Part shown: in pieces, positions 12,301 to 24,880 of the stretch
How the letters are laid out: every line of letters starts with the position of its first letter
Numbering within the stretch: position 1 is the stretch's first letter
From: Chiloscyllium plagiosum
Taxonomy: Eukaryota
Length of the DNA stretch: 56,383 nt
NCBI RefSeq assembly: GCF_004010195.1
Contig: NC_057719.1
Coordinates: 17,118,517 to 17,174,899, forward strand
Direction: 5' to 3'
Position numbers and translations under genes: made by a program
Notes under the pieces: model-generated
What the model saw: only the letters and a program-made list of their open reading frames with translations
Told to the model about the DNA's origin: nothing
The model's database searches: none

Positions 12301-12402
12301 GTCAATCACCCAGACTGTGCAAAAACAAATCACTGCTATCTATTGATACCTTTCATTCTCATATTTGTGCCACCAAAGGATTGTCTGTTTCAACCTCAAT
12401 AA

Positions 12403-12745
12403 CATAGAGTCACAGAGTCATACAGTACAGTTTGGTCTAACCAGTCCATACTGACCATAGTCCCAAACTAACCTTGTCCCACCTGTCAGCTCCTGGCACA
12501 TATCTCTCCAAACCTTTCCTATTCATGTACTTATCTAAGTGTCTCTTAAACATTGGAACTGAGCCTGCATCCACCACTTCCTCAGGAAGTTTGTTACACA
12601 TACAAACCACCCTGTATGTAAAAAAAATTATCCCTTGGGTGTTTTTTAAGTCTCTCCTCACATTTTAAAAATATTCCTCCAGTCTTGAAATCCCCCATCC
12701 GAGAGAAAGTACACTTACCATTAACCCTATTATATCCCTCATGAA
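12403..12745 (-). mobile_element. CR1/HER1 3' end
   Basis: catagagtca tail; FFTYRVVCMCNKLPEEVVDAGSVPMFKRHLDKYM. Confidence 0.9.
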
Positions 12746-13114
12746 TATGGATGAGACCAAGTAGATTCTATCCTTGACCCCCCAAACCACCATCACCACC
12801 TCCCCCCCCATAAACTCCCTTCCTTATGGCAGTAAAATATTCATCTCAATAAACCTTACTTTCTTTCTTAATCCTTCCTTTCCCTATCTATGCAGAACAC
12901 CTCGAGACTCCAGTCCTGCCCTTTTCTGGAACCAGGTCTCTATTGTTACTGCAATGTTATAATTTCCTTGTGACTGAGTGCACCAACAACTTTCAAACTC
13001 ATCTCCCATATTTCCTGGATTCACATGCCAAAACTGTAAAACTAGCTAAGCCATATTTAAACCACATTAACACCACATACCTTACTGCTTCTTATTTTTA
13101 TATTATCTGACTTA

Positions 13115-13311
13115 TTTCTGGATCAGTGGTGCTGGAAGAGCACAGCAATTCAGGCAGCATCCAAGGACAGGCAAAAGCCCTTCATCAGGAAGGGCTTTTG
13201 CCCGAAACGTCGATTTTGCCTGTCCTCGGATGCTGCCTGAATTGCTGTGCTCTTCCAGCACCACTGATCCAGAATCTGGTTTCCAGCATCTGCAGTCATT
13301 GTTTTTACCTC
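13115..13311. mobile_element. Young palindromic PLE-derived insertion (family A) with 14-bp TSD
   Basis: Near-perfect inverted arms 13116-13274; tattatctgactta at 13101-13114 and 13312-13325. Confidence 0.9.
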
Positions 13312-13586
13312 TATTATCTGACTTACCCAATTCTCGATGTACTTTGTTTTCCCTCTTTAATGTTATGTTCTTGTTCCTTCCCCCTGCCAACATAGTTTAA
13401 ACCCTCTCTAGTAACTCTCTCAAACTGCTCTGCAAACACACTCCCTGCTTCTTTTGAAGAATAATTATTCAGCCTGCATAAATCCCACCTCTCCAAAACC
13501 AGACCCGGTTTTTCAGGAATTTAAAGCCTTCACTCTTGTTCTATCTTTCTACTCATGATATGGAGGTGCTGTTGTTGGACTGGGGT

Positions 13587-14447
13587 CATAGAGTCATAGA
13601 GACATAAAGCACGGAAACCTACCCTTCGCTCCAACCTGTCCATGCCGACCAGATATCCCAACCCAATCTAGTCCCACCTGGCAGCACCTGGCCCATATCC
13701 CTCTAAACCTTTCCTATTCATATACCCATCCAGATGCCTTTTAAATGGTGCAATTGTACTAGCCTCCACCACTTCCTCTGGCAGCTCATTCAAATCAAAT
13801 CCCCAACTATGACGAGTACCACCCTCTGCATAAAAAAGTTGCCCCTTTTGTCTCTTTTATATCTTTCCCCTCTCACCCTAAACCTATGCCCTCTAGTTCT
13901 GGATTCCCCGACCCCAGGGAAGAGACTTTGTCTATTTATCCTATCCATGCCCCTCACGATTTTATAAACCTCTGTAAGGTCACCCCTCAGCCTCCGATGC
14001 TCCAGGGAAAACAGCCCCAGCCTATTCAACCTCTCCCTATAGCTCAATTCCTTCAACTCTGCCAACACTCTTGTAAATCCTTTCTGAACCCTTTCAAGTT
14101 TCACAACATCTTTCCGATAGAAGGAGACCAGAATTGCACGAAATATACCAACACGGCCTAACCAATGTCCTGTACAGCCGCACCATGACCTCCCAGCTCC
14201 TGTACTTAATAATCTGACCAATAAAGCAAAACATACCAAACGCCTTCCTCACTATCCTATCTACCTGTCACTCCACTTACAAGGAGCTACAAACCTGCAC
14301 TCCAAGGTCTCTTTGTTCAGCAACACTCCCTAGGACCTTACCATTAAGCGTATAAGTCCTGCTAAGATTTGCATTCCCAAAATGCAGCACCTCGCATTTA
14401 TCTGAATTAAACTCCATCTGCCACTTCTCAGTCCATTGGCCCATCTT
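13587..14447 (-). mobile_element. CR1/HER1 LINE, 5'-truncated, young
   Basis: YRKDVVKLERVQKGFTR...RRLRGDLTEVYKIVRGMDR...RTRGHRFRVRGER; (catagagt)n tail. Confidence 0.95.
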
Positions 14448-14577
14448 TGTACAAAGTTAAAAATCACACAACATCAGGTTATAGTCCAACAGGTTTATTT
14501 GGAAGCACTAGCTTTCGGAGCACACCCCTGTACCAACCACGTCCTCTTACACTTGCCCCTACTCTTTGCAAAACAAC

Positions 14578-14612
14578 CACCTGATGAAAGAGCAGCGCTC
14601 CGAAAGCTAGTG
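14578..14612 (+). ncRNA. Minimal hammerhead ribozyme motif (family B)
   Basis: cac-CTGATGA-aa-GAGC-agc-GCTC-c-GAA-AGCT-A-gtg; helix I cac/gtg; mismatch at base of stem II. Confidence 0.6.
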
Positions 14613-15058
14613 CTTCCAAATAAACCTGTTGGACTATAACCTGGTATTGCGTGATTTTTTAACTCCATCCTCCTCGCCACACATTCATCTATGCCAACCA
14701 CCAATATCTGTGCTCACCAGCCTGTAGCATTGGGACTAATCCAGAGATTATTATCTTTTAAGTATCCAGCTTGCTGGGTTCTTTCCTAAACTCCATAAGA
14801 TCTGCATAAGGCACTCATCTACCTATGTGGTCATTTTCAACATGGGTGAATCCTCACTGGAAATCAAGCCCTGTCATTCCTAGAGTTGTGAAAAATGTTA
14901 AACACTTTATCAAAGTATGCAAAATTCTCAACTTACCAGCTCAGGTCACTGTACATAACTATGATTTATAACAAATAAATAGATTCTAACCACATGCAAG
15001 CAATAATGAACTGCCATATAAATCTGCTAGTTAAAACTCTGAGCTCTTTCTAACCAGA

Positions 15059-15113
15059 CAACACACTGACACACGCACGCACACAAACATAAACACACAC
15101 ACACACAGACACA
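15059..15113. repeat. Imperfect (CA)n microsatellite
   Basis: acacactgacacacgcacgcacacaaacataaacacacacacacacagacac. Confidence 0.8.
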
Positions 15114-16459
15114 TGTGAAAATTGGTGTGATAGGTGGAAAAAATAATTCGCTGGGGTAACAGCTCAATATCACCAGTCCTCAGAATTTGATAGGATGTTC
15201 ATTTTCCAAATGCCACCCAGGAACCATTCAAAGATTTGTGATCATGCTGACAACCTTCCATAAACCAATCAACAACTTGTTGGCAGCTGAATCTCACTTT
15301 GTACACATGCCAGCACCAACCACGCCCTCTTACACTTTCCCCTACTCTTTGCAAAACAACAGTGTAAACACAACCCACAATGATTTTCAAGAACTTGCTT
15401 TTTGAAAACACAGTAAATCCACCCTCAGTCCTTAGGGGTGAACCAATACTTTTTTTCAATTCAGTCTACAAATAAAAATAAAGTTATATAAAAGGGTCCA
15501 GTCTATTATAAATGCTCTGGACCACTCTGAACCCTCGGAGTTTTTGACAGCTATTCATTTCTTCCTTGAATCTGGCACTAGTGAGGCAAGCTACCACATT
15601 GTAGTCCCATTTATTGCCATGGTAACATCGAGCTATACCGCAACAGGCTCTTTCAGTCCACCCTCTACCTCTGTCATCCCATCTTATCCTAGTCATCTCC
15701 TTTAAGGAACAATTGGATCTTTGAGACACCTCCTCTCCAGCCATTTGCCTGAAGCAGTCCATTGAGTCTCTGCAGTTTATCCAGTGCATGATAATGAGGC
15801 CAGAGGTCCAATATTAGGTCCATCTGTCCATTCAGGCTCAGGCAATGTTCCTTCCAACCATTGCACCCATTTCCCAGATCAAACAAATCTCCCTTCTTCT
15901 GTCTTTTTTATCTAATTAACGTATATTCCTAATAGATTTTCTTCATTACCATGAATTATTCATACGCTAAAGCTATTGCATAAATAGAAATCCTGGAAAT
16001 ATTCAGCTAATTAACATATTGTGCAATTCCAATCTTCTTGTGTAGTTTAATATTATGCACCTAATTATAATATTGTTACATAACCTCACTGCTCTTACTG
16101 AAAACAGCGCTCAACATATTCTGGAACGCTCTCCCAACCTGCCAGATACACGTGTAAAGTTATATAATAACTATTTGTCTTTTAGTAATCTAACCCTTTT
16201 CCAGAAATCTAGGTCATTATAGTGATCAGCATCAAGTGCCATTTTGAACCCCAAATGATTTAGACTGAACTACTTCGGCATTCACTGAAATCCAAATTTC
16301 ACCCAATATCTTTCCAATACAGCCACTTAAGGAAAATTGAATGAAAAGAAGAAGGAATGAGTTGTTTTTACCTGTTCTGCAGTATTTTACAGTACAAAGC
16401 CTTGATTCTTTAAAATGTAATAGTACGTGTTAATGAATAGAAAAAGAAGATAAATGACT

Positions 16460-16700
16460 AATGTGCATTTATGTGGTATCTTTCAAAACCTTTGGACATA
16501 TATAAACACATTCCAGCCAAAGCTGCTCTAGTCATATAGAAAACCAAGCAAAAACGTCCTACCAATAGCTCTGGAGGTAAAGACCAGATATCTGTATCAG
16601 TGGTGTTAGATGAGGGATAAGTATTTCCCAGGACAACTTGAGAGCTCTCCAGCTTTTCTTCAAAGGCAGCTTTTATTTATGCCCACCTGAGAGGCCAGTT
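16460..16700 (-). mobile_element. SacSINE/Deu-SINE fragment
   Basis: gatgagggataagtatttcccaggacaac...cttttcttcaa...ccacctgagaggc, reverse complement of Deu domain. Confidence 0.7.
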
Positions 16701-16750
16701 GATATTTCCGCCATTTCTGTTTCATCATAAGTTTGCAAAGTAATTTTTTT

Positions 16751-17058
16751 TTAGATTAGATTCCCTACAGTGTGGAAACAGGCCCTTCGCCCAACCAGTC
16801 CACACTGACCCTCTGAAGAGTAACCCACCCAGACCCATTTCCCTCTGACTGATGTACCTAACACTGCGGGCAATTTAGCCTGGCCAATTCACCTGACCTG
16901 TACATCTTTGGACTGTGGGAGGAAACCGGAGCATCCGGAGGAAACCCACGCAGACACAGGGAGAATGTGCAAACTCCACACAGGCAGTCACCCGAGGCTG
17001 GAATCGAACCTGGGACCCTGGTGCTGTGAGGCAGCAGTGCTAACCACTGAGACACCGT
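16751..17058 (-). mobile_element. HE1 SINE, young
   Basis: Canonical tail, V-domain and head; B box ggttcgattcc on minus strand. Confidence 0.95.
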
Positions 17059-17789
17059 GAGGGAAGATTTTTCACAATCATCATTTATCCATCAGAAGAT
17101 ATCTTATCATCTCCCCATTCTAGAATCTAGTTACTTCTGATATGATTGCAGGGTTCCTGTTGCCTTTCATACATCGATGATGCGTTGTCACTGATCTTCA
17201 TCCTCTGTGCCTGGTAGTAATGGGGCAGTAATGGCGCTGCCAGTCTTCTTGCATCATTGTAGCTGGCTCCATTGTCAAAGGAACCTATTATCACATGATA
17301 AAGTTCCTTTAATATGGAAATAGATGCTCTCCAATATTAATGAGCCTGCAAACCTTCCTAACATACACTCATGGCCGGTAGTAAGAGCAGGAGAGGTTCC
17401 TGATCAGCTATGTGAAAGCAAGAACATTGGAACAGTAAATAACTATTCAAAGATGCAGACTGCAACATGCACCTAGAGGTCTACATTGCCACAGCAGACA
17501 TGGACTGCCTGAGCAGTCAAGAACCAGACCATGTAAATCGGACCCCAATTTCCATTTTGTTCAGAGCAAAGGTAATTCCATGGAATTGTTGAGCTGTATT
17601 CATGGGTCCCAAAGTATTAGGAATATTCAATACCCTTTTTAGTTTTGCTGATTACTGTTTGGACATGTTAAGCATTGGATCTGTTAAGTCTCAGAGATTT
17701 CTCCTGATCTTGATAGTAGGAACTACATCAGTGACTTTAAAAGCAGATATATCTTCTGCTGGAATAACAGCAAAATATTGCTCACTCTT

Positions 17790-18000
17790 GAAATCTGGAG
17801 AATACTGGAGAAACTCAGCAGGTCTAGGAGCATCTGTGGAGAGAGAAATATAGCTAACATTTGAAAGCTGGTCTGACCCTTCTTCAGACCGCAAGTTTTA
17901 AACAAAAATCATGTGGATCTCAAAGCATCAACTCAGTTTCTCTCTCCATAGATGCTGCCAGTCCTGTTGAGTTTCTCCGGCATTTTCTATATTTGTTTCA
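17790..18000. mobile_element. Inverted pair of PLE ends (family C)
   Basis: ctggagaaactcagcaggtc...gacccttcttcaga ... gatgctgccagtcctgttgagtttctccggca. Confidence 0.75.
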
Positions 18001-18244
18001 TATTGTCTGTTGAATTAGCCAATGTAATGATTTGCATTTTTCCCTTTAGCTTTTCGATCTTATGTCCAGAATGATAGGTGTCAAAAATGAATTTCTCTAC
18101 TTGCATGCCATGGTATGTGTGGGACAATAGCACAGATCTGGCTATGACTTACAACCTATTTTGGTTAATCCACTTAGAAAGACTTTATTGACTGTTCTTG
18201 TTAGTGCAGCACCCAATGTTCCATCGGATAAATATTTTAAAAAA

Positions 18245-18482
18245 AGGAGATTTTTCTTCCCTCAAAGGATTGTGCACTTTGGAAGTCCCTGCCTCTGAAA
18301 GTGCAGGAGGTGCGTTCATTGGACAGTTTTAAAACAGAGATGAATACATTCTTGTTAGGTAGGTGAATCAAAGGTCGTCGGGGTGCATGGAAATGTGGAA
18401 TTCAAAACACAAATGGAAGCAAGGTGATCCTATTGAATGGAAATGCAGGATCCAGTGCCTAAGGGGTTCATTTCTGCTCCTA
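18245..18482 (+). mobile_element. Degenerate CR1 3' end
   Basis: tttttcttccctcaaagg...gatcctattgaatgg...tttctgctcctattt. Confidence 0.65.
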
Positions 18483-18734
18483 TTTCAAACACTCACGTGG
18501 ATGTTGGTCAAGCAGTCTGACAATTCCGGGACAGCGGAGAAGTTGAGAAAGTCAGAGATAGAGCTGCGTGCCATCAGCGCACATGACATGATGTTTGTTA
18601 GAAGACATCACCAAGGTGAAGCATGTAAATGAGAAACAGGGAGGTGCCAAGTGCAGATCATGGAGCAGGACATCAGAGTTAGCATCACACGAGCAAAAGG
18701 AAAGTCATTTAGATCTTGGTGGCAGAGGACAATT

Positions 18735-19620
18735 TCAAATTTTGTGGATGACACAAAACTTCGGAGAACTGTAAACTGTGAGAAGACAGTGTGGAACTTT
18801 GAAAGGATATTGACAAGTTGGTGGAGTGGGCAGAGGGATGGCAGATGAAGTTCAATGAAAAGATGCCTGAGGTGATACACTTTGCTACAAAGAGCAGGGA
18901 GGGGCTGAATAAAATAAAAATTGCAATTCTAAATGGTATGCAGGAGCAGAGAGACCTGAATGTATTTGAACATAAGTCACTAACCGTGTCAGGACTGAAG
19001 GAGAGAGTTGTAAATAAAGCATACAGTATTTGAGCTTTCGTTAATAGGGACATAGAGTACAAAAGCAGGGAGGTCATGATAAAATTGTATAGATAAACCT
19101 CAGCTGGATGATCATGTATAGTTCTGGGTGCTATACTAAAGGAGAAATGTAAATGTGTTAGAAAAAGTACAGAAAAGGGTTTCAAGAATGGTTCCAGTGA
19201 TGAAACACTTCGATTATGAAAGTAAATTAGTGAAATTTCCTTGGCGAGAGGAAGGCTGGGGGTGGGGGGGGTGGTAGAAGTTTTTTTAAATAATGAGTGA
19301 TCTAGACAGAGCGGACAGAGTGAAACTGTTCCAGCTCCAAAATAGATTGTGAATCAAGGTAGGCGCAGTTTTAAAATGTTTTGCAACAGAAGCAAATGCT
19401 TTGTAAGAAAAATCATTTTCATGTAGTAAGTAGTGAGAGTATGGAATGCATTGCCTGGAAGTGTGATAAAGGCAAGATCAGCTGAGGCATTCAAAACAGT
19501 GCTGGACAATGTGCAGGATTACAGGGAAAAAGGACGTTGGCACTCAGTTAAAGAGCTTGAGAACCAGTGCAGGTCCAACGGGCCAAATGTCCTCTTTCTG
19601 CACTTTGGTGATTCTGTGAT
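18735..19620 (+). mobile_element. CR1 ORF2 3' portion
   Basis: ISNFVDDTKL, VEWAEGWQMKFN, RVWNALPGSV. Confidence 0.88.
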
Positions 19621-19994
19621 TTAAAGTTCTGGGGCTACATTAACATCAGTAAAAATAGAATGCAGTATATCCTGATGGAGGAGAGGAGTTGAAGTACAAT
19701 GATACAGTTAATCATGCCTAAGGCCGTAGACAAGTCGAGAAGAAACAGGCAGGATAGTTCACCCTTGTCACAGTCATACAGAATATAATTCAGTAAAGGT
19801 TATTTCAATCCCATGGTGGGGCAGAACCCTGAAGGCAGAGTTTCAACCATGGAGTTCCAGGAAGGATGGGCACAGATTTTGGGGGTGACAACAAATTCAA
19901 GGACATCGAAGAGGAAAGGAAGTCAGAAATGGGGCAGTCATTGACAAAGAAAATGAAATAAAGTTTGATTGTTTTCGAGGAGAGCATTGACATG

Positions 19995-20305
19995 ATTAGA
20001 TTACATGATTAGATTAGATTACATTACAGCGTGGAAACAGGCCCTTCGGCCCAACAAGTCCACACCGACCCGCCGAAGCGCAACCCACCCATGCCCCTAC
20101 ATTTACCCCTTACCTAACACTACGGGCAATTTAGCATGACCAATTCACCTGACCTGCACATCTTTGGACTGTGGGAGGAAACCGGAGCACCCGGAGGAAA
20201 CCCACGCAGACACAGGGAGAACGTGCAAACTCCACACAGTCAGTCGCCTGAGGTGGGAATTGAACCCAGGTCTCAGGTACTGTGAGGCAGTAGTGCTAAC
20301 CACTG
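19995..20305 (-). mobile_element. HE1 SINE, young subfamily
   Basis: (attag)n tail, CpG-rich body close to the 27407 copy. Confidence 0.95.
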
Positions 20306-23300
20306 ACAGTGGCAAATGTTTCTGGAGAGGGGTTTAACACCGGAAGAGAGAACACCATTAACAATATCAATAACCTGGGGTCCAAGAAAATAATAGCTTG
20401 ACAGCCTTCTAAAAGCAAGATTGAAGTCAAAGGCCAATAAGTTCAAACATTCATCCTGTTGTCATATTATGTGATAATGCTATAGCAAGATGTTAAGAAA
20501 ACAGATCCCTAACTGCCTTGTGTAGGTCAACTTAGCAGGAACAAGAAGAGACTGTGCATAGCCCCATTTGAATGTCAAAATGTAATTTCACTGGCAAGCT
20601 TTCTTCACCTCAAGAACATGGGTTTAAATCCAGGGCTGACAAGGAGGATAAAGGTCTCCACTTCCTAATGGCTGGGATGGATCCTAAGTGCAATGGGTCT
20701 GAGCAGTTAATCACAACTGAAAATGAGCTGGCCCACAATACAAAAGTGGTCATAAATCCAATGCTAATTGGTACTAGGAGTGCTTGATGCTGCCACTGGG
20801 TATAAAGTGGATAAGATTTCCATTCCGGGGGCTCACAGTCCTTCACCTCTATGAACATATGCACACAAATGTATGTTTTATGTTGTGCATCATATGACCT
20901 GTAACGCAGTGGTGCAGTTGTGCTTTCTTGCTTTATGAACTGGAAGTAATGTAAATGATGTAACACAATCTTGAAGGATACAGATCCACACCAGCAACTT
21001 AACAGCATATACTCTTCCCATCTTTTTATCGGCCCACACAAACCATTAGAACAAATAGAATTATGTAGGTGCAATGTAGAATAGAAAAATAATTGAATAT
21101 ATGGAATTGGATAATACAACAGCAAATGAGGTGAATATTCCAAATGTTGTACAGTCTATCACTGCACCCTGTTAGTAATTCAGCATTTTTCCCTTTATAC
21201 GCTGTTTTGCAATGTTTTCAAAACAGGAGAGAGGCCTGGTCTGGGTCACAAATTCTCTCAATTCTGTTTTATAATGGAACGCTCGGACAAAAGAGATTGA
21301 TCTTCAGATTTGTTTCCCACTGGATTCTGCACCTCGTTGCCACGTGATGCGTCCCCTCTCATCTCCACTTGAGAATTAGCCCCCAAACTGAGGGAATGGA
21401 TTTGGATGGCAATGTTTCCTGAGACATCAACTCTCAACTCAGTCAGACTCGGGGTACCGCTCCTTCGAGGTGGGACCAGGAATAAACTAAACTATCTTTT
21501 CATGACAGCAGCCTACGCTGTTGACCCCTCACAAGGATTCTGAAAGCGGGGTAGCATTCTGCTTCCCAGCGCCGTCTTGTCTCACCTTAATGAGGTCTGA
21601 TCGTGCTGCTGCACGTGAAGACACAGTCCACGTTCTGGGGACTCGGCGTTTGCTACATTGTTCAGCAGAATAAGCAGCGATTGTTGAACTCTTGTCATGA
21701 ATAATTTCCATACTGAAATTATCATCTTCTACTCCTGTAGATTTCAGGCCAAGGCATCAGAGGCCTCCCTTCCGTTCCCTTCCCTTCCCTCCACTGGCTT
21801 TGGGATGCTGTTTCCCTCATAAATTATTGATAGTCAAGGAGCCTGCCAACTTCACTTTCAGACAGACAAAAGGGGACAGGATGGCATCTCACGCTGCTCA
21901 GGGCCTCCTTTCATTAAAAACATTTCAGCTTGTTCTCCAAGGGCACCCTCTGTCACTCTCTGCCATGCTGGAGAAAATAGCTTTGAAGCCCAGTGAATAG
22001 TACAAATGAATTACTCTTCAGGTACTGGCACAATCTGATTATAAAACCCAATTCAGCAGTGTCCTTCACACCTTTTCACTTGTAGCTACATAATCAGCAT
22101 GCGTCATTTCATCTTTCTGTCTTTTTTCTTTCTCGTGCTTTTTTAACTTGCCTGTCCTTCCAGAAGATATAACCATTTACAGTTGCTCTGTAATTAAATA
22201 TTTATAAATCTGAGCAATGGTTAGCTGCTGAATAATAAATAATGAGACCAGGATGGCTTTGGATAATCTCCCCCAGCTTTTCATCCCCAGTCCTTTAACA
22301 TAGAGATAGGAGTTATTTGCTGAAAGTCAGTCAGAGTACACTTCTTTATTCCAGTAGCTTCGGTACTTTTTACAGTTGTTGCTGGTAGTATGTGACTGAT
22401 GGAAAATTCCAGTCACTGTTTTCCTGCACTATGTCTGCAACACAAATATGAATGACCAATCTCTAGGATAATCAATTATACCACAAATGCAATGGGATAT
22501 GTGCAGAGCTGACGGCAGGTGATATCACATGACCTTGGATCACCAGAACACATGGAAGATCCCCTGACCTTTAAAATAAATAATTGATATAGTCATGTAG
22601 CTATTATGTTATTACTTTACCGTGCTAATGACTGGTATAAATGTGATATCCAATTTTAGATGCGCCAAATAATAGTTTAACTTCCGACACTGTGCAACCC
22701 TCACAAATGTGCAGTGTCCCTCAGTCAATTATTGTGTGGAATTCTAGTCCGCTCTTGTCAGTTATCACAGTATACATTGCACTGCCTTAATATTGCAGTT
22801 ATTTTTCTCTCTTCCACACGTGTTTATTTGAACAAAGGATGGCGGTGTCAGGAACCTGTTTCTCACTTAAATTCCAAGACAGCCTTGAGGCCCAACAGGT
22901 CATCAGTTCCAGAAACCGAGCTCCTACAATCTGCTGCCATAATTGAGCACTGGACCGTAAAGCCAGGCATATAGGGCAAGGAGATCTCAATGGCCTGGAC
23001 TAACCCATGGCAACAAAGAGATGAGGAATATCTTCAAAGTGCAGGGTGGTTGAGAATGTTGATAAAATAATGGAACAGAGAGCGGACGTTCACCATGAGA
23101 CAACAACAAAAACTTGCATTTATGTAGCATTCTTAACGGGATAAAAAGAAATCCCAAAGTGCTCCCAAGGAGCAAATATCAAAATTTTGATTCTAAATGA
23201 ACAGTCTGTACCACTGCCAAGCATGTTTTATAAGTTCTATGTACTATTCCTCCCCATAAGAGAGATTTGCTGCCATCATCCTCTTTCAGGATAAGGATTT

Positions 23301-23597
23301 GGTCTCGAGTGATGGAGGACAATGACTTAGTAGTCTAACAAGAAGATCTAGTTTATTCTTTGATAGTAACTATGTACAACTTACAACTTATGTGACAAAC
23401 TTTGTTATACAGACAATGAGGAGGACTTGTTTGGTCGGCTGTACTCCTTCGAAATCCTGTTCTCTTCTTCCCACAAGTCTATACTACCTCTTCAGAGCAG
23501 ATGTTGCTGAAGTCACTTCTCAGCATTAACCCTTTCAGACTCCTACATTCTCACACAAGCCACATAAGCAGATATCACAACGGGTAACAAAAAACTT

Positions 23598-23778
23598 AGA
23601 GTCATAGTCATAGAGATGTACAGCACGGAAACAGTCCCTTCAGTCCAACTCGTCCATGCTGACCAGATATCCCAACCCAATCTAGTCCCACCTGTCAGCA
23701 CCTGGCCATGCCCCTCATGATTTTATAAACCTCTATAAGGTCACCCCTCAGCCTCCAACCCTCCAGGGAAAACAGCCC
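23598..23778 (-). mobile_element. CR1/HER1 3' end with internal deletion
   Basis: Matches the 13587 copy but lacks about 250 bp; junction cctggccatgcccctc. Confidence 0.85.
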
Positions 23779-24234
23779 TCGACCAAAGAGGTAAACTTTA
23801 TTGTAAGTTCAGAGATACAATTGTATTCTTATTTGTTGTCTGGTTCCATTCTTATCCATCTAATCACAGTCAGAATACCAACTGCAATGGCTTTTCTTCT
23901 TGTTACTGCATTGTTACCTCTAGTGTGCTCAAATAATCAATCATTGGTCCCTTTCTCGATAATATGCTGCGTACTCATGAGTCTATCCTAAAACGTGACC
24001 ACAGCTTCCACATGGACATTGACAATTCCCAGCTGTACCCAACTATCACTGTCTCCAAGTTATCAGATTGCTATTCAAAATCCAGTGCTGGATGAATATA
24101 AATTTTCTCCAATTAAATATGAGCAAGTCCAAAAATATTGTCTTCAATCCTCATCACAAGCAGGGACTCAAATCCTCTTCCAGGCAACTGCCTGAGGTTG
24201 AACCAGAGTGTTCACACCTCGGTGTCATATTTGT

Positions 24235-24507
24235 CTCTTCGGTTTTTGCCAAGTGCATGTGGGCGTGGGTTTCTTCCGAGTGTTCCAATTTCTTATTACA
24301 ATACAAAGATGTGCAGGTTAGCTGGATTGACCATACCAAGTTGCCTATAGTGTCCAGGGATGTGTTGGTTAGCTGGATTAGCCATGGGAAGTGGAGGGTT
24401 ACAGGGATACAGTAAGGGAGATGAGTCTGGGTAGGATGCTCTTCAGAGAGTTGTTGTGGACTCATTGGGCCAAATGGTCTGTTTCCACGCTATGGGATTC
24501 TGTGATT
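24235..24507 (+). mobile_element. HE1-related SINE, 5'-truncated
   Basis: caaagatgtgcaggttagctggattg...ggccaaatggtctgtttcc. Confidence 0.85.
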
Positions 24508-24759
24508 CGATGTGTTGCTGACAACATAACCAGACTACCCCCAAGACCACTTATTTCCACCTCTACAACATTGCCTGACTCTGTCAAAACTCAACTGTAG
24601 CGAAACCCTCACTCATGCCCTTTTCAACTCTCAGCATAATTATTGCAACACTCTTCTCGTTAAGTGGGAGAAGAACAGTTCTTCAAACAATAAAAGGCCA
24701 TTTTTAAAAGTCTTTATTTATGAGAACTGGCCTCTGAGGCCTTAGATTTTAATTGGCAA

Positions 24760-24880
24760 ACTCGACCCAAAATGTTAACTCTGATTTCTCTCTGCAGATG
24801 CTGCCAGACCTGCTGAGCTTTTCCAGCAATTTCTAATTTTGTCTCTGACTTGCAGCATCTGCAGATCTTTTGGTTTTTAC
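24760..24880 (+). mobile_element. PLE end fragment (family C)
   Basis: gacccaaaatgttaactctgatttctctctgcagatgctgccagacctgctgag. Confidence 0.75.

Larger units (their letters stand above)
13555..14663. mobile_element. Palindromic PLE-derived unit (family B), interrupted by a CR1
   Basis: ggaggtgctgttgttggactggggt | gtacaaagttaaaaatcacac...; inverted arms about 14455-14521 and 14597-14663; same family as 47607-47822. Confidence 0.85.
13380..14850 (-). mobile_element. Old CR1 ORF1 (SGNH esterase) remnant, interrupted at about 13555-14663
   Basis: Reverse complement gives HVENDHIGR...IIISGLVP...MNVW, resembling the ORF1 at 55987. Confidence 0.55.
18485..20430 (-). mobile_element. L2-clade RT remnant, interrupted by CR1 (18735-19620) and HE1
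   Basis: Reverse complement has tgcgctgatggcacgcagctctatctc (YADDTQLY-like) and NDCPISDF (NYRPISNL-like). Confidence 0.65.

Noticed and set aside
13116..13274. pre-miRNA hairpin
   Set aside because: The arms are repeat-derived with a TSD, and there is no evidence of processing.
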